A stretch of DNA of 64,000 nucleotides from Bacillota bacterium (lineage in GTDB: Bacteria; Bacillota; DTU025; MWDF01), in contig JAKQNF010000016.1 in NCBI GenBank assembly GCA_029565935.1, forward strand, positions 116,031 through 180,030. The letters are read 5' to 3'. The notes below the pieces were generated by a model that made no database searches, was not told where the DNA came from, and worked only from the letters and a program-made list of their open reading frames with translations. Shown here piece by piece: positions 52,509 through 62,078 of this stretch. The translations under genes and the position numbers were made by a program. The stretch's first letter is position 1; each line of letters opens with the position of its first letter.

Positions 52509-54530
52509 ATGCCGATCAACGGATATATTACCGTAGATAATATGAAAGTGCCCCTTGAGGGCGAGGATAACCTGCTGAAGGTAGTCCGCAAGGCTGGGAT
52601 AGACCTTCCCACCTTCTGCTACCACTCACAGCTCTCCAGCTACGGCGCATGTAGGATGTGCGTAGTAGAGGTGGAGCGTATGGGCATCGTGGCCTCATGC
52701 TCGGTGCCGCCAACGGATGGCATGGTCGTGAGGACCAACACCGAAAGGCTCAGAAGGATAAGGAAGACCATCCTTGAGCTGCTGCTGGCAAACCATGACC
52801 GTGAATGCACCACCTGCGGCAAGAGCAGCCAGTGTAAGCTCCAGGAGCTGTCCGAGAGGTTCGCGGTGTCCGATCTCAGGTTCGGCAAGGGCGACAAGAG
52901 ATATGCGATAGACCATAGCACGCCAGCGATCGTGCGCGATCCCAACAAGTGCATCCTATGCGGCGACTGCGTCAGGATGTGCGCGGAAGTACAGGGTGTA
53001 GGCATCCTGGACTTCATGTACAGAGGTTCGAAGGCGATGGTGGGCCCGGCGTTCGGCAAGCCGCTCGCCGAGGTCGACTGCGTGCAGTGCGGACAGTGCA
53101 CCACGGTCTGCCCTACGGGCGCGCTCATGCTCAAGAGCTACACGGCCGACGTATGGAAGGCGCTGGACGATCCTAAGAAGACGGTCATGGTACAGATCGC
53201 CCCCGCGGTAAGGGTTGCTCTGGGCGAGGAATTCGGAATGAAGCCGGGCGAGATAGTCACCGGCAAGATAGTCGCGGCCCTAAGGCGCCTGGGATTCGAT
53301 CTGGTGTTCGATACCTGCTTCACGGCCGACCTCACCATAATCGAGGAAGGCAACGAGTTCGTCAGCAGGCTCAAGAACGGAGGCGTCCTGCCCCAGTTCA
53401 CGTCGTGCTGCCCGGGTTGGGTCAAGTACGTCGAGCAGTACCACCCCGAGCTGATACCCAATATCTCCTCCTGCAAGTCACCGCAGCAGATGTTCGGCTC
53501 GGTCGCGAAGAAGTATCTAGCCAAGGACATGAACCTGGATCCCAAGGACGTGGTCGTCGTGTCGATAATGCCGTGCACCGCGAAGAAGTTCGAGGCCAAC
53601 AGGCCCGAGTTCTCCCACGACGGCATGAAGGACGTCGATTACGTGCTAAGTACCAGAGAGCTGGCCAGGATGATCAAGGAAGCCGGCTTCAGCTGGGACG
53701 ATCTTGAGATAGAATCCTTCGACGTCCCGTTCGGCCTTGGCACCGGCGCAGGTGTCATATTCGGCAACACAGGCGGCGTCACCGAAGCCGTCCTCAGGTC
53801 GACCCAGGCGCTGCTAGGTGCGAAGACCGACACCCCGATAGTGTTCAACGAGGTAAGAGGTCTGGACGGCATCAAGGAAGCCGTAGTTAACGTAGAGGGC
53901 ATAGACATCAGCCTTGCCATAGCGAACTCTCTGTCGGCTGCAGAGAAGCTGATCGAAGAGGTCCAGTCCGGCAAGAAGGCCTACCACATCATCGAGGTCA
54001 TGGCATGCCCCGGTGGGTGCATAGGCGGAGGCGGACAGCCCATATCTGCCGATCCGGAAGCGAAGGCGAAGAGGGCAAGGGGCCTTTACGAGGCCGACAA
54101 GGGCCTGATGATCAGAAGGTCGCACGAGAATCCTTACGTGGCCGAGCTCTACAAGCAGCACCTAGGCGAGGCCAACTCGCACGAGGCGCACGAGAGCCTG
54201 CACACGGAATACGGCCACAGGAAAAGAATCCTGGGCGAGGACATCAAGGTTATGGTGACCGAGGGCAAGCGTGAAGGCATGGTCGACGTCGCCGTGTGCC
54301 TAGGTACTTCCTGCTACTTGAAGGGCAGCTACAACGTACTGCACGCCCTCATGAACAAGATCGATGAGATGGGCCTTGCGGACCGCGTGAACCTGCACGG
54401 CACATTCTGCTTCGAAAACTGCCACGAATCGCCCTGCGTGAAGGTCAATGGTGAAGTGAAGGGCTACGCAGGCACCGAGGACGTGGCGGAGAGCATAATC
54501 AAGGACAGGATACTTCCCATACTCAAATAG
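52509..54530 (+). CDS. hydA: [FeFe] hydrogenase catalytic subunit HydA (with a C-terminal thioredoxin-like 2Fe-2S domain)
   Basis: N-terminal 2Fe-2S and 4Fe-4S domains. The canonical H-cluster motifs FTSCCPGWVKYVE, MPCTAKKFEA and EVMACPGGCIGGGGQP are all present. The C-terminal segment is VAVCLGTSCYLKG...FCFENC. Confidence 0.95.
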   Translation: MPINGYITVDNMKVPLEGEDNLLKVVRKAGIDLPTFCYHSQLSSYGACRMCVVEVERMGIVASCSVPPTDGMVVRTNTERLRRIRKTILELLLANHDRECTTCGKSSQCKLQELSERFAVSDLRFGKGDKRYAIDHSTPAIVRDPNKCILCGDCVRMCAEVQGVGILDFMYRGSKAMVGPAFGKPLAEVDCVQCGQCTTVCPTGALMLKSYTADVWKALDDPKKTVMVQIAPAVRVALGEEFGMKPGEIVTGKIVAALRRLGFDLVFDTCFTADLTIIEEGNEFVSRLKNGGVLPQFTSCCPGWVKYVEQYHPELIPNISSCKSPQQMFGSVAKKYLAKDMNLDPKDVVVVSIMPCTAKKFEANRPEFSHDGMKDVDYVLSTRELARMIKEAGFSWDDLEIESFDVPFGLGTGAGVIFGNTGGVTEAVLRSTQALLGAKTDTPIVFNEVRGLDGIKEAVVNVEGIDISLAIANSLSAAEKLIEEVQSGKKAYHIIEVMACPGGCIGGGGQPISADPEAKAKRARGLYEADKGLMIRRSHENPYVAELYKQHLGEANSHEAHESLHTEYGHRKRILGEDIKVMVTEGKREGMVDVAVCLGTSCYLKGSYNVLHALMNKIDEMGLADRVNLHGTFCFENCHESPCVKVNGEVKGYAGTEDVAESIIKDRILPILK

Positions 54531-54551
54531 CCTCTTAAGAGGATGAACACG

Positions 54552-54579
54552 AGGCCCCGGCCGCTAAAGGCCGGGGCCT
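54552..54579 (+). terminator. Intrinsic terminator after hydA
   Basis: AGGCCCCGGCC-GCTAAA-GGCCGGGGCCT followed by TTTGC. Confidence 0.7.
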
Positions 54580-54693
54580 TTGCATAGGGTGCCCGGCGGA
54601 CGTGCCGCCATATTCCGCCCATCTTGAAGGGACGTTGGAGGAAAGTGCGGCTTACGCGGTGAATTAACACGTGACTGGAGGACATCGGGCCAT

Positions 54694-56310
54694 ATGACAT
54701 CCACCTCGGTGCGCAAGACCATGGACAAGAATAAGCATCTTAAGTATGTGCTGGCGTTTTCGCTGGCCCTTACCTTGATGGTCGGCACCGTCGCGGCGGT
54801 GGAGGTCTACTGGGCGGTGGCTCTTTCCACCACCGACAGGGCCAAGGCGGCGGCGTCGATGGCGTCGGTGGAAGAGGTGGCGGGGACGAAATCCTCCATC
54901 CTCGAGGCGAGTATCGACGGCAAGCTCTATTACAGGGTGGCAGCGGGACCCTTCTCTGATCGCGGGAGGGCGACCGAGGCAAGGGATCTGCTAAGGTCCG
55001 GAGGATGGCCCGATGCATGGCTGCTTGCAAGGCAGGACGCATCAACTCCTTCGACGGAAGCGCCGGAGACGAGCCCACAACAAAACACAGGTGCGGCTTC
55101 ACGGACGATAACGGTCGGACTCACATGGATCTTAGGCCCGGAATTGGTCATAGGTACCGAAGGAAGGCTGAATGCCATAGGATCGGCGAGCGAAGGGGCA
55201 GATGCGACGACAATCGCGGCGGAGCGGGCTATCGAGCTCGTGGCCGAGGGCGAAGGCATAAGGGTGAAGACCTCTGACGGCGATCCAGGCACTTATCTGA
55301 TACCTCCGGTCATCGTTGAGGCGGATGTCGGCGCCATCTGGCTAAAGGAATCCTACAAAGTCTACAAGGGAACGATAAAAGTGACGAGGAAACAGGGATC
55401 CGGATCTTTGTACGCTGCCAACGTCCTGGACGTCGAGGACTACCTTCTTTCGGTGCTTCCGGCGGAGATAGGGGGCAATTCCCCGAAGGAGGCGTACAAG
55501 GCCCAAGCCGTCGTTGCGAGGACCGAGGCGCTCGCTTTCACCGGCAGGCACCAGGACATGGGCTGGGACATCTGCGACAGCACGCACTGCCAGGTCTTCA
55601 GGGGGCTCTATGGCCAATCGCCCAACCAGGACATAGTGAAAGCCGTCCAGGAGACCGCGGGGGAGGTGCTTTTCTCGTTAGGGACGATGGTCAGGACCGC
55701 AAGCTTCCACTCATCCTGCGGCGGCTGGACTGAATCCTCCGAGGACGTTTGGGGTTCGAAGTTCGCACACCTCTCCAACGTGGGATGCAGGCTCGATGCG
55801 GGACCCATGCCGAACCTAAGGGACGAGGCGACGCTCAGGAAGTATATAGAGGAAGGGAACAAGAAGGACCTGTGCTACGGCGGTATCGGATACCGGTGGA
55901 AGGCTTCCGTTGAGGTAAAAGCAATAGAGGCGGAACTAGCAAGGATGGTCTTAGACGGGGTTGCGTCGGCAACTGATGAAATCCCTTTACAAGGGCCTCC
56001 AAGGGTTACGAAGAGGTCCGCCAGGGGCGCGGCGCTCGAGTTAAGGATGTCTTCCAGCACCGCGGAATATATAATAAAAGGTGAGCTTAACATCAGGAAG
56101 CTGTTGGGAGGCTCGACGATTATCAAGAGCGGCGTCTTCGTGATACTGCCCGTATCCGTAGAAGGTCGCCTCGACATAATCGGGGCCGGCTACGGACACG
56201 GGGTCGGGATGTGCCAGGACGGCGCGAAGGCGCTGGCCAAGCTGGGCAAGGATTACAGGGCGATACTCTCCTTCTATTACAGGGGCGGTTCGGTGGCGAA
56301 AGTCTACTAA
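54694..56310 (+). CDS. SPOR-domain / SpoIID-LytB-domain fusion protein (peptidoglycan remodelling)
   Basis: TM anchor present. The SPOR-like segment is GKLYYRVAAGPFSDRGRATEARDLLRSGGWPDAWLL. SpoIID motifs are VLPAEIG, SFHSSCGGWTES and GYGHGVGMCQDGA. Confidence 0.85.
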   Translation: MTSTSVRKTMDKNKHLKYVLAFSLALTLMVGTVAAVEVYWAVALSTTDRAKAAASMASVEEVAGTKSSILEASIDGKLYYRVAAGPFSDRGRATEARDLLRSGGWPDAWLLARQDASTPSTEAPETSPQQNTGAASRTITVGLTWILGPELVIGTEGRLNAIGSASEGADATTIAAERAIELVAEGEGIRVKTSDGDPGTYLIPPVIVEADVGAIWLKESYKVYKGTIKVTRKQGSGSLYAANVLDVEDYLLSVLPAEIGGNSPKEAYKAQAVVARTEALAFTGRHQDMGWDICDSTHCQVFRGLYGQSPNQDIVKAVQETAGEVLFSLGTMVRTASFHSSCGGWTESSEDVWGSKFAHLSNVGCRLDAGPMPNLRDEATLRKYIEEGNKKDLCYGGIGYRWKASVEVKAIEAELARMVLDGVASATDEIPLQGPPRVTKRSARGAALELRMSSSTAEYIIKGELNIRKLLGGSTIIKSGVFVILPVSVEGRLDIIGAGYGHGVGMCQDGAKALAKLGKDYRAILSFYYRGGSVAKVY

Positions 56311-56321
56311 GGTGGTCATGG

Positions 56322-56951
56322 ATGTCTTTCTTGAATAAAGCCAAGAGAATAGCGCCTTTGGCGCTCGTCGTGGCAGTTCTCATAGCCGCGGCCGGCTGGC
56401 AGGTATGGGAGCTTCATGTAAGCTCCGACCGCCTCGAGGAGCTGAGGTCTGACCTGGAGGAAGCCAGGTCGTGGACCGAGGACCTGCAGGCGAAGCTGGG
56501 GCGGCTGGATGACGAGATAGCCAGGATGGGCTTCGTGAAGGTCGACCTTTACTTCACCATGATGACAGAGACTACCATCAAGGTCGTGCCGGTGAAGAAA
56601 GTAGTGGAATCTGGGGACGAGCTGGCGCTGAACGTAGCCAGGGCGCTAGTGGCGGGCCCAGGGACAGCGGTCGGGGGCATCTATCCCGCCGTCCCTGAAG
56701 GCGTACAGGTGCTTGGTGTGTCCGTGAAGAGCGGCATCGCCTACGCTGACTTCTCCGAGCAGATCCTCAAAGCTGGCTTCGGAAGCGAAGGTGAGCTTGC
56801 GATGGTGTCGTGCATAGTGAACACGCTCACCTCGCTGCCCGGGATAGACAAGGTGCAGATATTGGTGGAGGGCAGGAAGGTGGAAAGCCTTGGTGGGCAT
56901 GTCCTGGTGGCGGTGCCGCTGTCCAGGATGGACGACTTGATGGACGATTAG
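56322..56951 (+). CDS. GerM(N)-domain protein
   Basis: TM anchor, a coiled coil, then a GerMN-like segment (ALNVARALVAGPG...IDKVQILVEGRKVESLGGH). ATG 56322 is preferred to the overlapping track start at 56211. Confidence 0.7.
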   Translation: MSFLNKAKRIAPLALVVAVLIAAAGWQVWELHVSSDRLEELRSDLEEARSWTEDLQAKLGRLDDEIARMGFVKVDLYFTMMTETTIKVVPVKKVVESGDELALNVARALVAGPGTAVGGIYPAVPEGVQVLGVSVKSGIAYADFSEQILKAGFGSEGELAMVSCIVNTLTSLPGIDKVQILVEGRKVESLGGHVLVAVPLSRMDDLMDD

Positions 56952-56971
56952 TATTGAGTGTGGAGGAAGTC

Positions 56972-57808
56972 ATGCGAAAAGTGGCGATAGTGACCGACAG
57001 CGCTTCGGGGATTCCTGAAGATACTGCAGGGAAGCTAGGAATAGAGATCATCCCCATGCAGATCATCAAGGGGGGAGAGGCCTTCACGGTCGGCACCGAC
57101 ATCACTTCTTCTGAGGTATACGAGGCCATGCGCCAAGGGAGTATCCTGAAGACTTCCCAGCCGCTCGTGCCCCACATCGAAGAGGCCTACACGAAGGCGT
57201 TGAAGGAAGCGGAGAGGGTGATCTCGGTCCACATAAGCTCCAAGCTCACCAGCACGGCGTCCACTTGCAGGATGGTGGCCGGCATGGTGGCGCCCGACAG
57301 GATAGAGGTCATAGACAGCTCAACGCTCACCATGATGTACGGCCTGGCCTGCATCAAGGCGGCTAAGAGGGCGGTGGCCGGCTGCAGGGCCGAAGAGGCC
57401 AGATCCGTGATAATGGACGTACTCTCGAGGGTGAGAGGCTGGCTGGCAGTGCCCTCGCTGAAGCATCTGTCGCATTCCGGAAGGGTCTCCAAGGCGCTAT
57501 CGACGCTGAGTTCGCTGCTCGCCATCAAGGTAATATTGCGGATGGAGGGCGGCGAGGTGCTGCTAGAAGATAAATACAGATCCTCGGCCACTGCATACGA
57601 GAAGATGCGCGATTTGGCGGTCGATGCTTGCGGCGGCAGGGCGAGCTCACTCGCATACCTGCACGGCGACAATCCGAACGAGGCGGCAGCGCTGGAGGAG
57701 ATCGTTAGAGAGGCAGTGCAGTGCGACGACATCATAACGGCGGACATCAGCCCTGTAGTCGGAGTCCATACAGGCCCCGGCCCGTTCGGCGTGGCGATCC
57801 TTCCATGA
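56972..57808 (+). CDS. DegV-family fatty-acid-binding protein
   Basis: MRKVAIVTDSASGIP...LKTSQP...HISSKLTSTAS are DegV motifs. The track start at 56810 overlaps the upstream gene. Confidence 0.85.
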   Translation: MRKVAIVTDSASGIPEDTAGKLGIEIIPMQIIKGGEAFTVGTDITSSEVYEAMRQGSILKTSQPLVPHIEEAYTKALKEAERVISVHISSKLTSTASTCRMVAGMVAPDRIEVIDSSTLTMMYGLACIKAAKRAVAGCRAEEARSVIMDVLSRVRGWLAVPSLKHLSHSGRVSKALSTLSSLLAIKVILRMEGGEVLLEDKYRSSATAYEKMRDLAVDACGGRASSLAYLHGDNPNEAAALEEIVREAVQCDDIITADISPVVGVHTGPGPFGVAILP

Positions 57809-57832
57809 CCAGCGACTGATCCTTTCACGGAG

Positions 57833-60800
57833 GTGCGTTGTTTGAAACTAAGTCGGATTCTCCTAGTATCGATGGCCATAGTCCTTGCAGCCTCGTCAGG
57901 CGCTTCGGCAAAGCTTATTTTGTCAGGCGAGAGCGTCTGGAAGCTGGGCTACGGCAGCCGGTACTACTCAACATTCGGCTGGAAGCTCGGGCTCGGTGGC
58001 TTCTTGGCTTCGCAGGAGCTGCGGCTGGACGTCAAAGGTGAGATCGTAGACGGCCTTACGCTCGAAGCCCATCTCGACAACACCAAGGGGGACGTATTCC
58101 AACAGCTCACGGTAGGCCTCTCATGGCAAGGGATAACGGCCGCGGGAGGAAGCATCAGATACATCCCATATATACCGTCAATGGGAAGGCCCAAGTCCTC
58201 GGTCATGGGCCTTTCGGCTGCTTATGCCGACGATAAGGTATCGGTCTATGCAATCGGGGGGAAGTCCCAGGGCGCAAGGGGAAGCAGGACCTTCAAGGGG
58301 ATGAGCGCCCAGGAGAAGATAGAGTATGTCATGGACGGGCCGTATATGCCGGCAAGGTCCGAGGATGGGCTGCTCTCGTCGGCAGAAGGGCTGTGGCACG
58401 CCGCGAGCGGCGCTGATTTCGATCCCGAGCTCGACGAAGGTTCAGTAGTCTGGGAGGAGTCTTCCATTGCGGGCGACATCGACGATTACCTTTCCATGAA
58501 CTCCCTAGGGTCCCTATGTAAAACCCTGTCCAATCCGGACGGCACCTTAGTGCCGGGACAGACCTATCCGTCTTCTTCCGTAGACGGCCTTTCGGGCATC
58601 AGCGGCGCATACATAGTATTGAGGGACCTGTCGTTTGGCATAGCTAGGAAGCTGATCCTGGAACTCATAGGGCAGTACAACGCAAATTTGGGACTCACTG
58701 GGGATCATGCGCTCAAGTACCCCTATGTGGCGGGCAGCACGACAGACACGGAGTTTCTGACCGGGCTCACCGAAGGCTGGATGAGCCTGGCTACGTCCTC
58801 CAAGGCGACGGGGGAGGTCTTCGCCAAGGTGCCGTTCACGGCTTTCGGTAGGGGTCTGATTTATCCCCTGGGTTCGTCGGACGTACTGCCGGAGACACTT
58901 ACGCTTTCTGCCGTAACTGAGGGCGGGTTGACGATCCCCCTGGCGGCGACCGGCGCGACGTGGACCTGCTACGAGGACAGGGGATACCTGCAGATGCAGC
59001 TTCCAGTCGGCTTCTTCGATTCATACGCGGCCATAAGGGCAGGTTATAGCTACAGGATCACCCAGGGCATGTATTTCCTCGGAGCAGGGATAATAAGAGG
59101 GAGCGTTGCCGTAAGGCTCGACGGGGTGGCCCTCAAGGAAGGTACCGATTACGAGATCGAATATGAGACCGGGGTCCTTCTGCTCATGGTTCAGATAAGC
59201 GAGGGGGCCGAAGGGCTTGTAGAGGTCGAGTTCGAATATGAAACGCCCGGAACAAAAGCCTGGCTTGCAGGGCTGGGCGTGTCATATAGACCGATAAAAG
59301 ATCTGGAGCTGCTGCTGGAATACTGCTATTCCTCCGATTCGCCTCTTCTGGCGGAGGATGAGACGACGGTGCCGAGAGAGCGTAGCTACGACAACCTCCT
59401 TGCAGCCGAGGCGCGGTGGAAGCCGGCCTATGGAGTGAGCCTTAGCGCGGGCGCGCTGTTCTCGGCCTCTACGTTTCCCGGGAAGGAAGCCATAAGGCCA
59501 AACGCGCCCAACGCGGTTACGTCGGTGGCGATTCTCGAGGACAACGCGGGTGGGATTTGGTGGGCGTTCCTCAGCAAGGCCGGAGTAAGCGTCCTTTCGC
59601 CGTATTCTGGGACGTGGAAGGTCGTCGGCCTGCCTGCCGCATTGTCAGGCTCTTTGGTGAACTCGGCTTTCTCCGACAATACGTACTGGTACTTCGGGAC
59701 GAGCGTCGGCATCGCCCGTCTCAGCGCCGACTACCTGGGCTTTGGCGAAGGCTTCATGGATGTGACGGCCCTTTGGAAGACCGCGGGCGCAAGGCAGGGG
59801 ATGCCGTCAGATGAGGTCTCGTCGTTGGAGCTTTTCGAAGGGCAGCTTTACGCTGGCACTCCCATAGGGCTGGTGGCAGGACCCGCGGATATCGCAGGAC
59901 CGTGGAGGCTGTACAGGCCCGCGGATCATCCTGGGCTTGCAGGGGGCGATGTCACCGGATTGGCATCTACCGGAGCCGGGCTTGTCGTGACGACCGCCGA
60001 TTCCGTCGCCTTGTTCGACGGGAACGCATTCGTCAGGATATCCGATTCAGGGGCCGTCAGCCTTGCGCATGCGCCGTTGGACGGCGGCATCGAAGCGGTC
60101 GCGGCGACAAGCCGGGGCGTGCTCCTCATAAAAGACGGCATCGTGGCCGGAACAGTGCAGCCGGCAAAGGACATTGTGTCGGCGGCGGGATACGGATCGT
60201 TCCTGTATTACGTGACGTACGAGGGCCTGTTCGCATATGACCTGGGGTTGGGGATCGAGACCCTTCTAGCAGGGATGGCCGGGCTGAGGTCCGTTGCGAC
60301 CGACGGGCTGGACGTATTCGCGGGAGGGACCGCAAACGAAGATTACTCGCTGCCGTTGGTAAAGCTGGCGTACCCGATGGGCGCATCACAGACGTTAGGC
60401 CCGGACGTCCATGGGATAGACGGCAGGGACAGGGCGCATTACATACCGCAGGTCCCATCGGAGCACACCTCGTTCGGCTTCGGGGCATATGTCACGGCAG
60501 GTTATGATTCTGACCTGCTGTCGGTGGACGCGTCTTTGAAGACGAGGAGCAGGGGAAGCCTTGCCGGCTCGGGGCCGGGGAGCCCGGATTCGGCATCTTT
60601 GGACCTTACCCTGGGTTGGAGGCCGACGTCGAACCTGGGGGTCAGCATGTATGAGTCCTTCTCTGCGGCAAAGCTCTGGTCCTATTTATCGGGCGCCGGC
60701 ACGCTGGAGCTTACGAATGCTGTCCAGGCGGGGCTCAGCTGGAAAGGCCCCGTCACGTTGAGCTTCTCGATGAATTACAAGATCACCGGCAAGCCCGGGA

Positions 60801-61864
60801 TAGAAGGATCCAGGTCGCAGACGGCAGGGGCCAGCGCCGGTCTGCAGTATTCGATCGGCGGACTGCGCCTCACGAGCGCCCTTTCTGCTTACGTAAAGAT
60901 CAACGATGGCATGGACCCGTTCGCATACTCCACCGGCTCGCTTGCAGTCTATCTCCAGATCGACAACCATGCCTCCCTGATGCTTTCCTACGTCGAGCCC
61001 ACGCCGTTCGGCTCTCTGCTACAAGCCGCAGGCAACTACCGCTCGGTATCCGGCAGCTATAGGTATTTCGCATACACTCCCACAGGCAGCGTGAGCGTCA
61101 CGGGAAAGGGCAGCTACAGGAGGGACCTTAAGAACTCGTCCAACATAGCCGACGTGAGCGCGGCTTGGACCTACTCGGCAAGGCAGCTCGTGTTCCTGGG
61201 CACTTCATTCCTGCCAAGGGTCGAGCTGTCTGCTGCATATGCGGCACCCCAGGGAGCCGATAGCAAGGTGAGCGCCTATGTAAAGCTCTCGTCCGGGATG
61301 TCCTTCGGCATCTTCGGAGCCGATACCAGCGTATCCAACAAGCTCACCTACATGATCGAATCCAGGCGCATGCTCAACTCCGGCGAGGGGAGCGTAACGG
61401 CGCACTTCGGGAAGGCAGGGTGGCCCCTGAGGCCCTCCTTGCAGCTAGGAGCGTCGTACCTGGTCGAGACCGCGAACATGGCGGAATCCAGGGGCAGCTG
61501 GAAGGCGGACTTAAAGCTGTTGCTAGCAAGCAGCGGCAAAGTGGCTAACCAGGCAAGCCTCGGCTACTCCTATTCAAGCTACAAGGGCGGCAAGCACGAC
61601 ATAGGGCTTTCCGACTCTCTGTCGTTTACCGCGCTTGAAGGGAAGATGAGCATAGGCGCCGGCCTGGATGCAAGCATCGGGCTTAAGCAATCGGACATCG
61701 GCTCATCTTCGTACAAGGCCTCCATGAATGCGAGCATCGGCTACAGGTTCGACGGTAATTGGTCGGCTAGGGCAACAGGGGAAGTGGGTCTTGGTTCCGC
61801 ATCGCTCGAAGGCGTGCCTAAGCCGCTTTACGGATTCGAAATCACCGCCACGTTAAGGTTCTAA
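57833..61864 (+). CDS. Giant (1343 aa) outer-membrane protein: beta-barrel-like N- and C-terminal regions flanking a beta-propeller-like middle
   Basis: GTG start. Signal peptide ...LAASSGASA. Alternating-residue strands appear at both ends. The middle (aa ~560-800) has Reg_prop-like repeats (GGIWWAFLSKAGVSVL, YWYFGTSVGIARL, GQLYAGTPIGLV). The OMP-type C-terminus is YGFEITATLRF. Confidence 0.6.
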   Translation: MRCLKLSRILLVSMAIVLAASSGASAKLILSGESVWKLGYGSRYYSTFGWKLGLGGFLASQELRLDVKGEIVDGLTLEAHLDNTKGDVFQQLTVGLSWQGITAAGGSIRYIPYIPSMGRPKSSVMGLSAAYADDKVSVYAIGGKSQGARGSRTFKGMSAQEKIEYVMDGPYMPARSEDGLLSSAEGLWHAASGADFDPELDEGSVVWEESSIAGDIDDYLSMNSLGSLCKTLSNPDGTLVPGQTYPSSSVDGLSGISGAYIVLRDLSFGIARKLILELIGQYNANLGLTGDHALKYPYVAGSTTDTEFLTGLTEGWMSLATSSKATGEVFAKVPFTAFGRGLIYPLGSSDVLPETLTLSAVTEGGLTIPLAATGATWTCYEDRGYLQMQLPVGFFDSYAAIRAGYSYRITQGMYFLGAGIIRGSVAVRLDGVALKEGTDYEIEYETGVLLLMVQISEGAEGLVEVEFEYETPGTKAWLAGLGVSYRPIKDLELLLEYCYSSDSPLLAEDETTVPRERSYDNLLAAEARWKPAYGVSLSAGALFSASTFPGKEAIRPNAPNAVTSVAILEDNAGGIWWAFLSKAGVSVLSPYSGTWKVVGLPAALSGSLVNSAFSDNTYWYFGTSVGIARLSADYLGFGEGFMDVTALWKTAGARQGMPSDEVSSLELFEGQLYAGTPIGLVAGPADIAGPWRLYRPADHPGLAGGDVTGLASTGAGLVVTTADSVALFDGNAFVRISDSGAVSLAHAPLDGGIEAVAATSRGVLLIKDGIVAGTVQPAKDIVSAAGYGSFLYYVTYEGLFAYDLGLGIETLLAGMAGLRSVATDGLDVFAGGTANEDYSLPLVKLAYPMGASQTLGPDVHGIDGRDRAHYIPQVPSEHTSFGFGAYVTAGYDSDLLSVDASLKTRSRGSLAGSGPGSPDSASLDLTLGWRPTSNLGVSMYESFSAAKLWSYLSGAGTLELTNAVQAGLSWKGPVTLSFSMNYKITGKPGIEGSRSQTAGASAGLQYSIGGLRLTSALSAYVKINDGMDPFAYSTGSLAVYLQIDNHASLMLSYVEPTPFGSLLQAAGNYRSVSGSYRYFAYTPTGSVSVTGKGSYRRDLKNSSNIADVSAAWTYSARQLVFLGTSFLPRVELSAAYAAPQGADSKVSAYVKLSSGMSFGIFGADTSVSNKLTYMIESRRMLNSGEGSVTAHFGKAGWPLRPSLQLGASYLVETANMAESRGSWKADLKLLLASSGKVANQASLGYSYSSYKGGKHDIGLSDSLSFTALEGKMSIGAGLDASIGLKQSDIGSSSYKASMNASIGYRFDGNWSARATGEVGLGSASLEGVPKPLYGFEITATLRF

Positions 61865-61889
61865 TGTAGAAGTTCAAAACCCGATGGGA

Positions 61890-61895
61890 TATAAT
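61890..61895 (+). promoter_or_regulatory. Candidate -10 box (TATAAT) for tRNA-Arg
   Basis: Perfect TATAAT 12 nt upstream of the tRNA 5' end, in AT-rich spacer. No clear -35. Confidence 0.3.
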
Positions 61896-61907
61896 TCTAT
61901 TGTCTGT

Positions 61908-61982
61908 GCGCCTATAGCTCAGAGGATAGAGCGTCGGCCTCCGGAGCCGAAAGCGCAGGTTCGATTCCTGCTAGGCGCGCCA
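61908..61982 (+). tRNA. tRNA-Arg (anticodon CCG)
   Basis: Cloverleaf folded by hand. Acceptor GCGCCTA/TAGGCGC, D-arm AGCTCAGAGGATAGAGC, anticodon stem TCGGC/GCCGA with loop CTCCGGA (CCG at 61941-61943), T-arm GCAGG-TTCGATT-CCTGC. CCA is encoded. Confidence 0.9.
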
Positions 61983-62078
61983 CGTCCTTACAAATATCCA
62001 ATTTATGCGAGCACTTGCCCTAACGCTTTGCTGAATGTAAGATTTAGTTTGGACTGATACGAATAGTTTGCCCTGGAG

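Noticed and set aside
57833-61864. Calling the giant OMP the T9SS translocon SprA/Sov
   Set aside because: It is only about half the length of SprA/Sov as I recall them (about 2,400-2,500 aa). I cannot identify SprA-specific motifs by eye. It is kept as a hypothesis to test, not a call.
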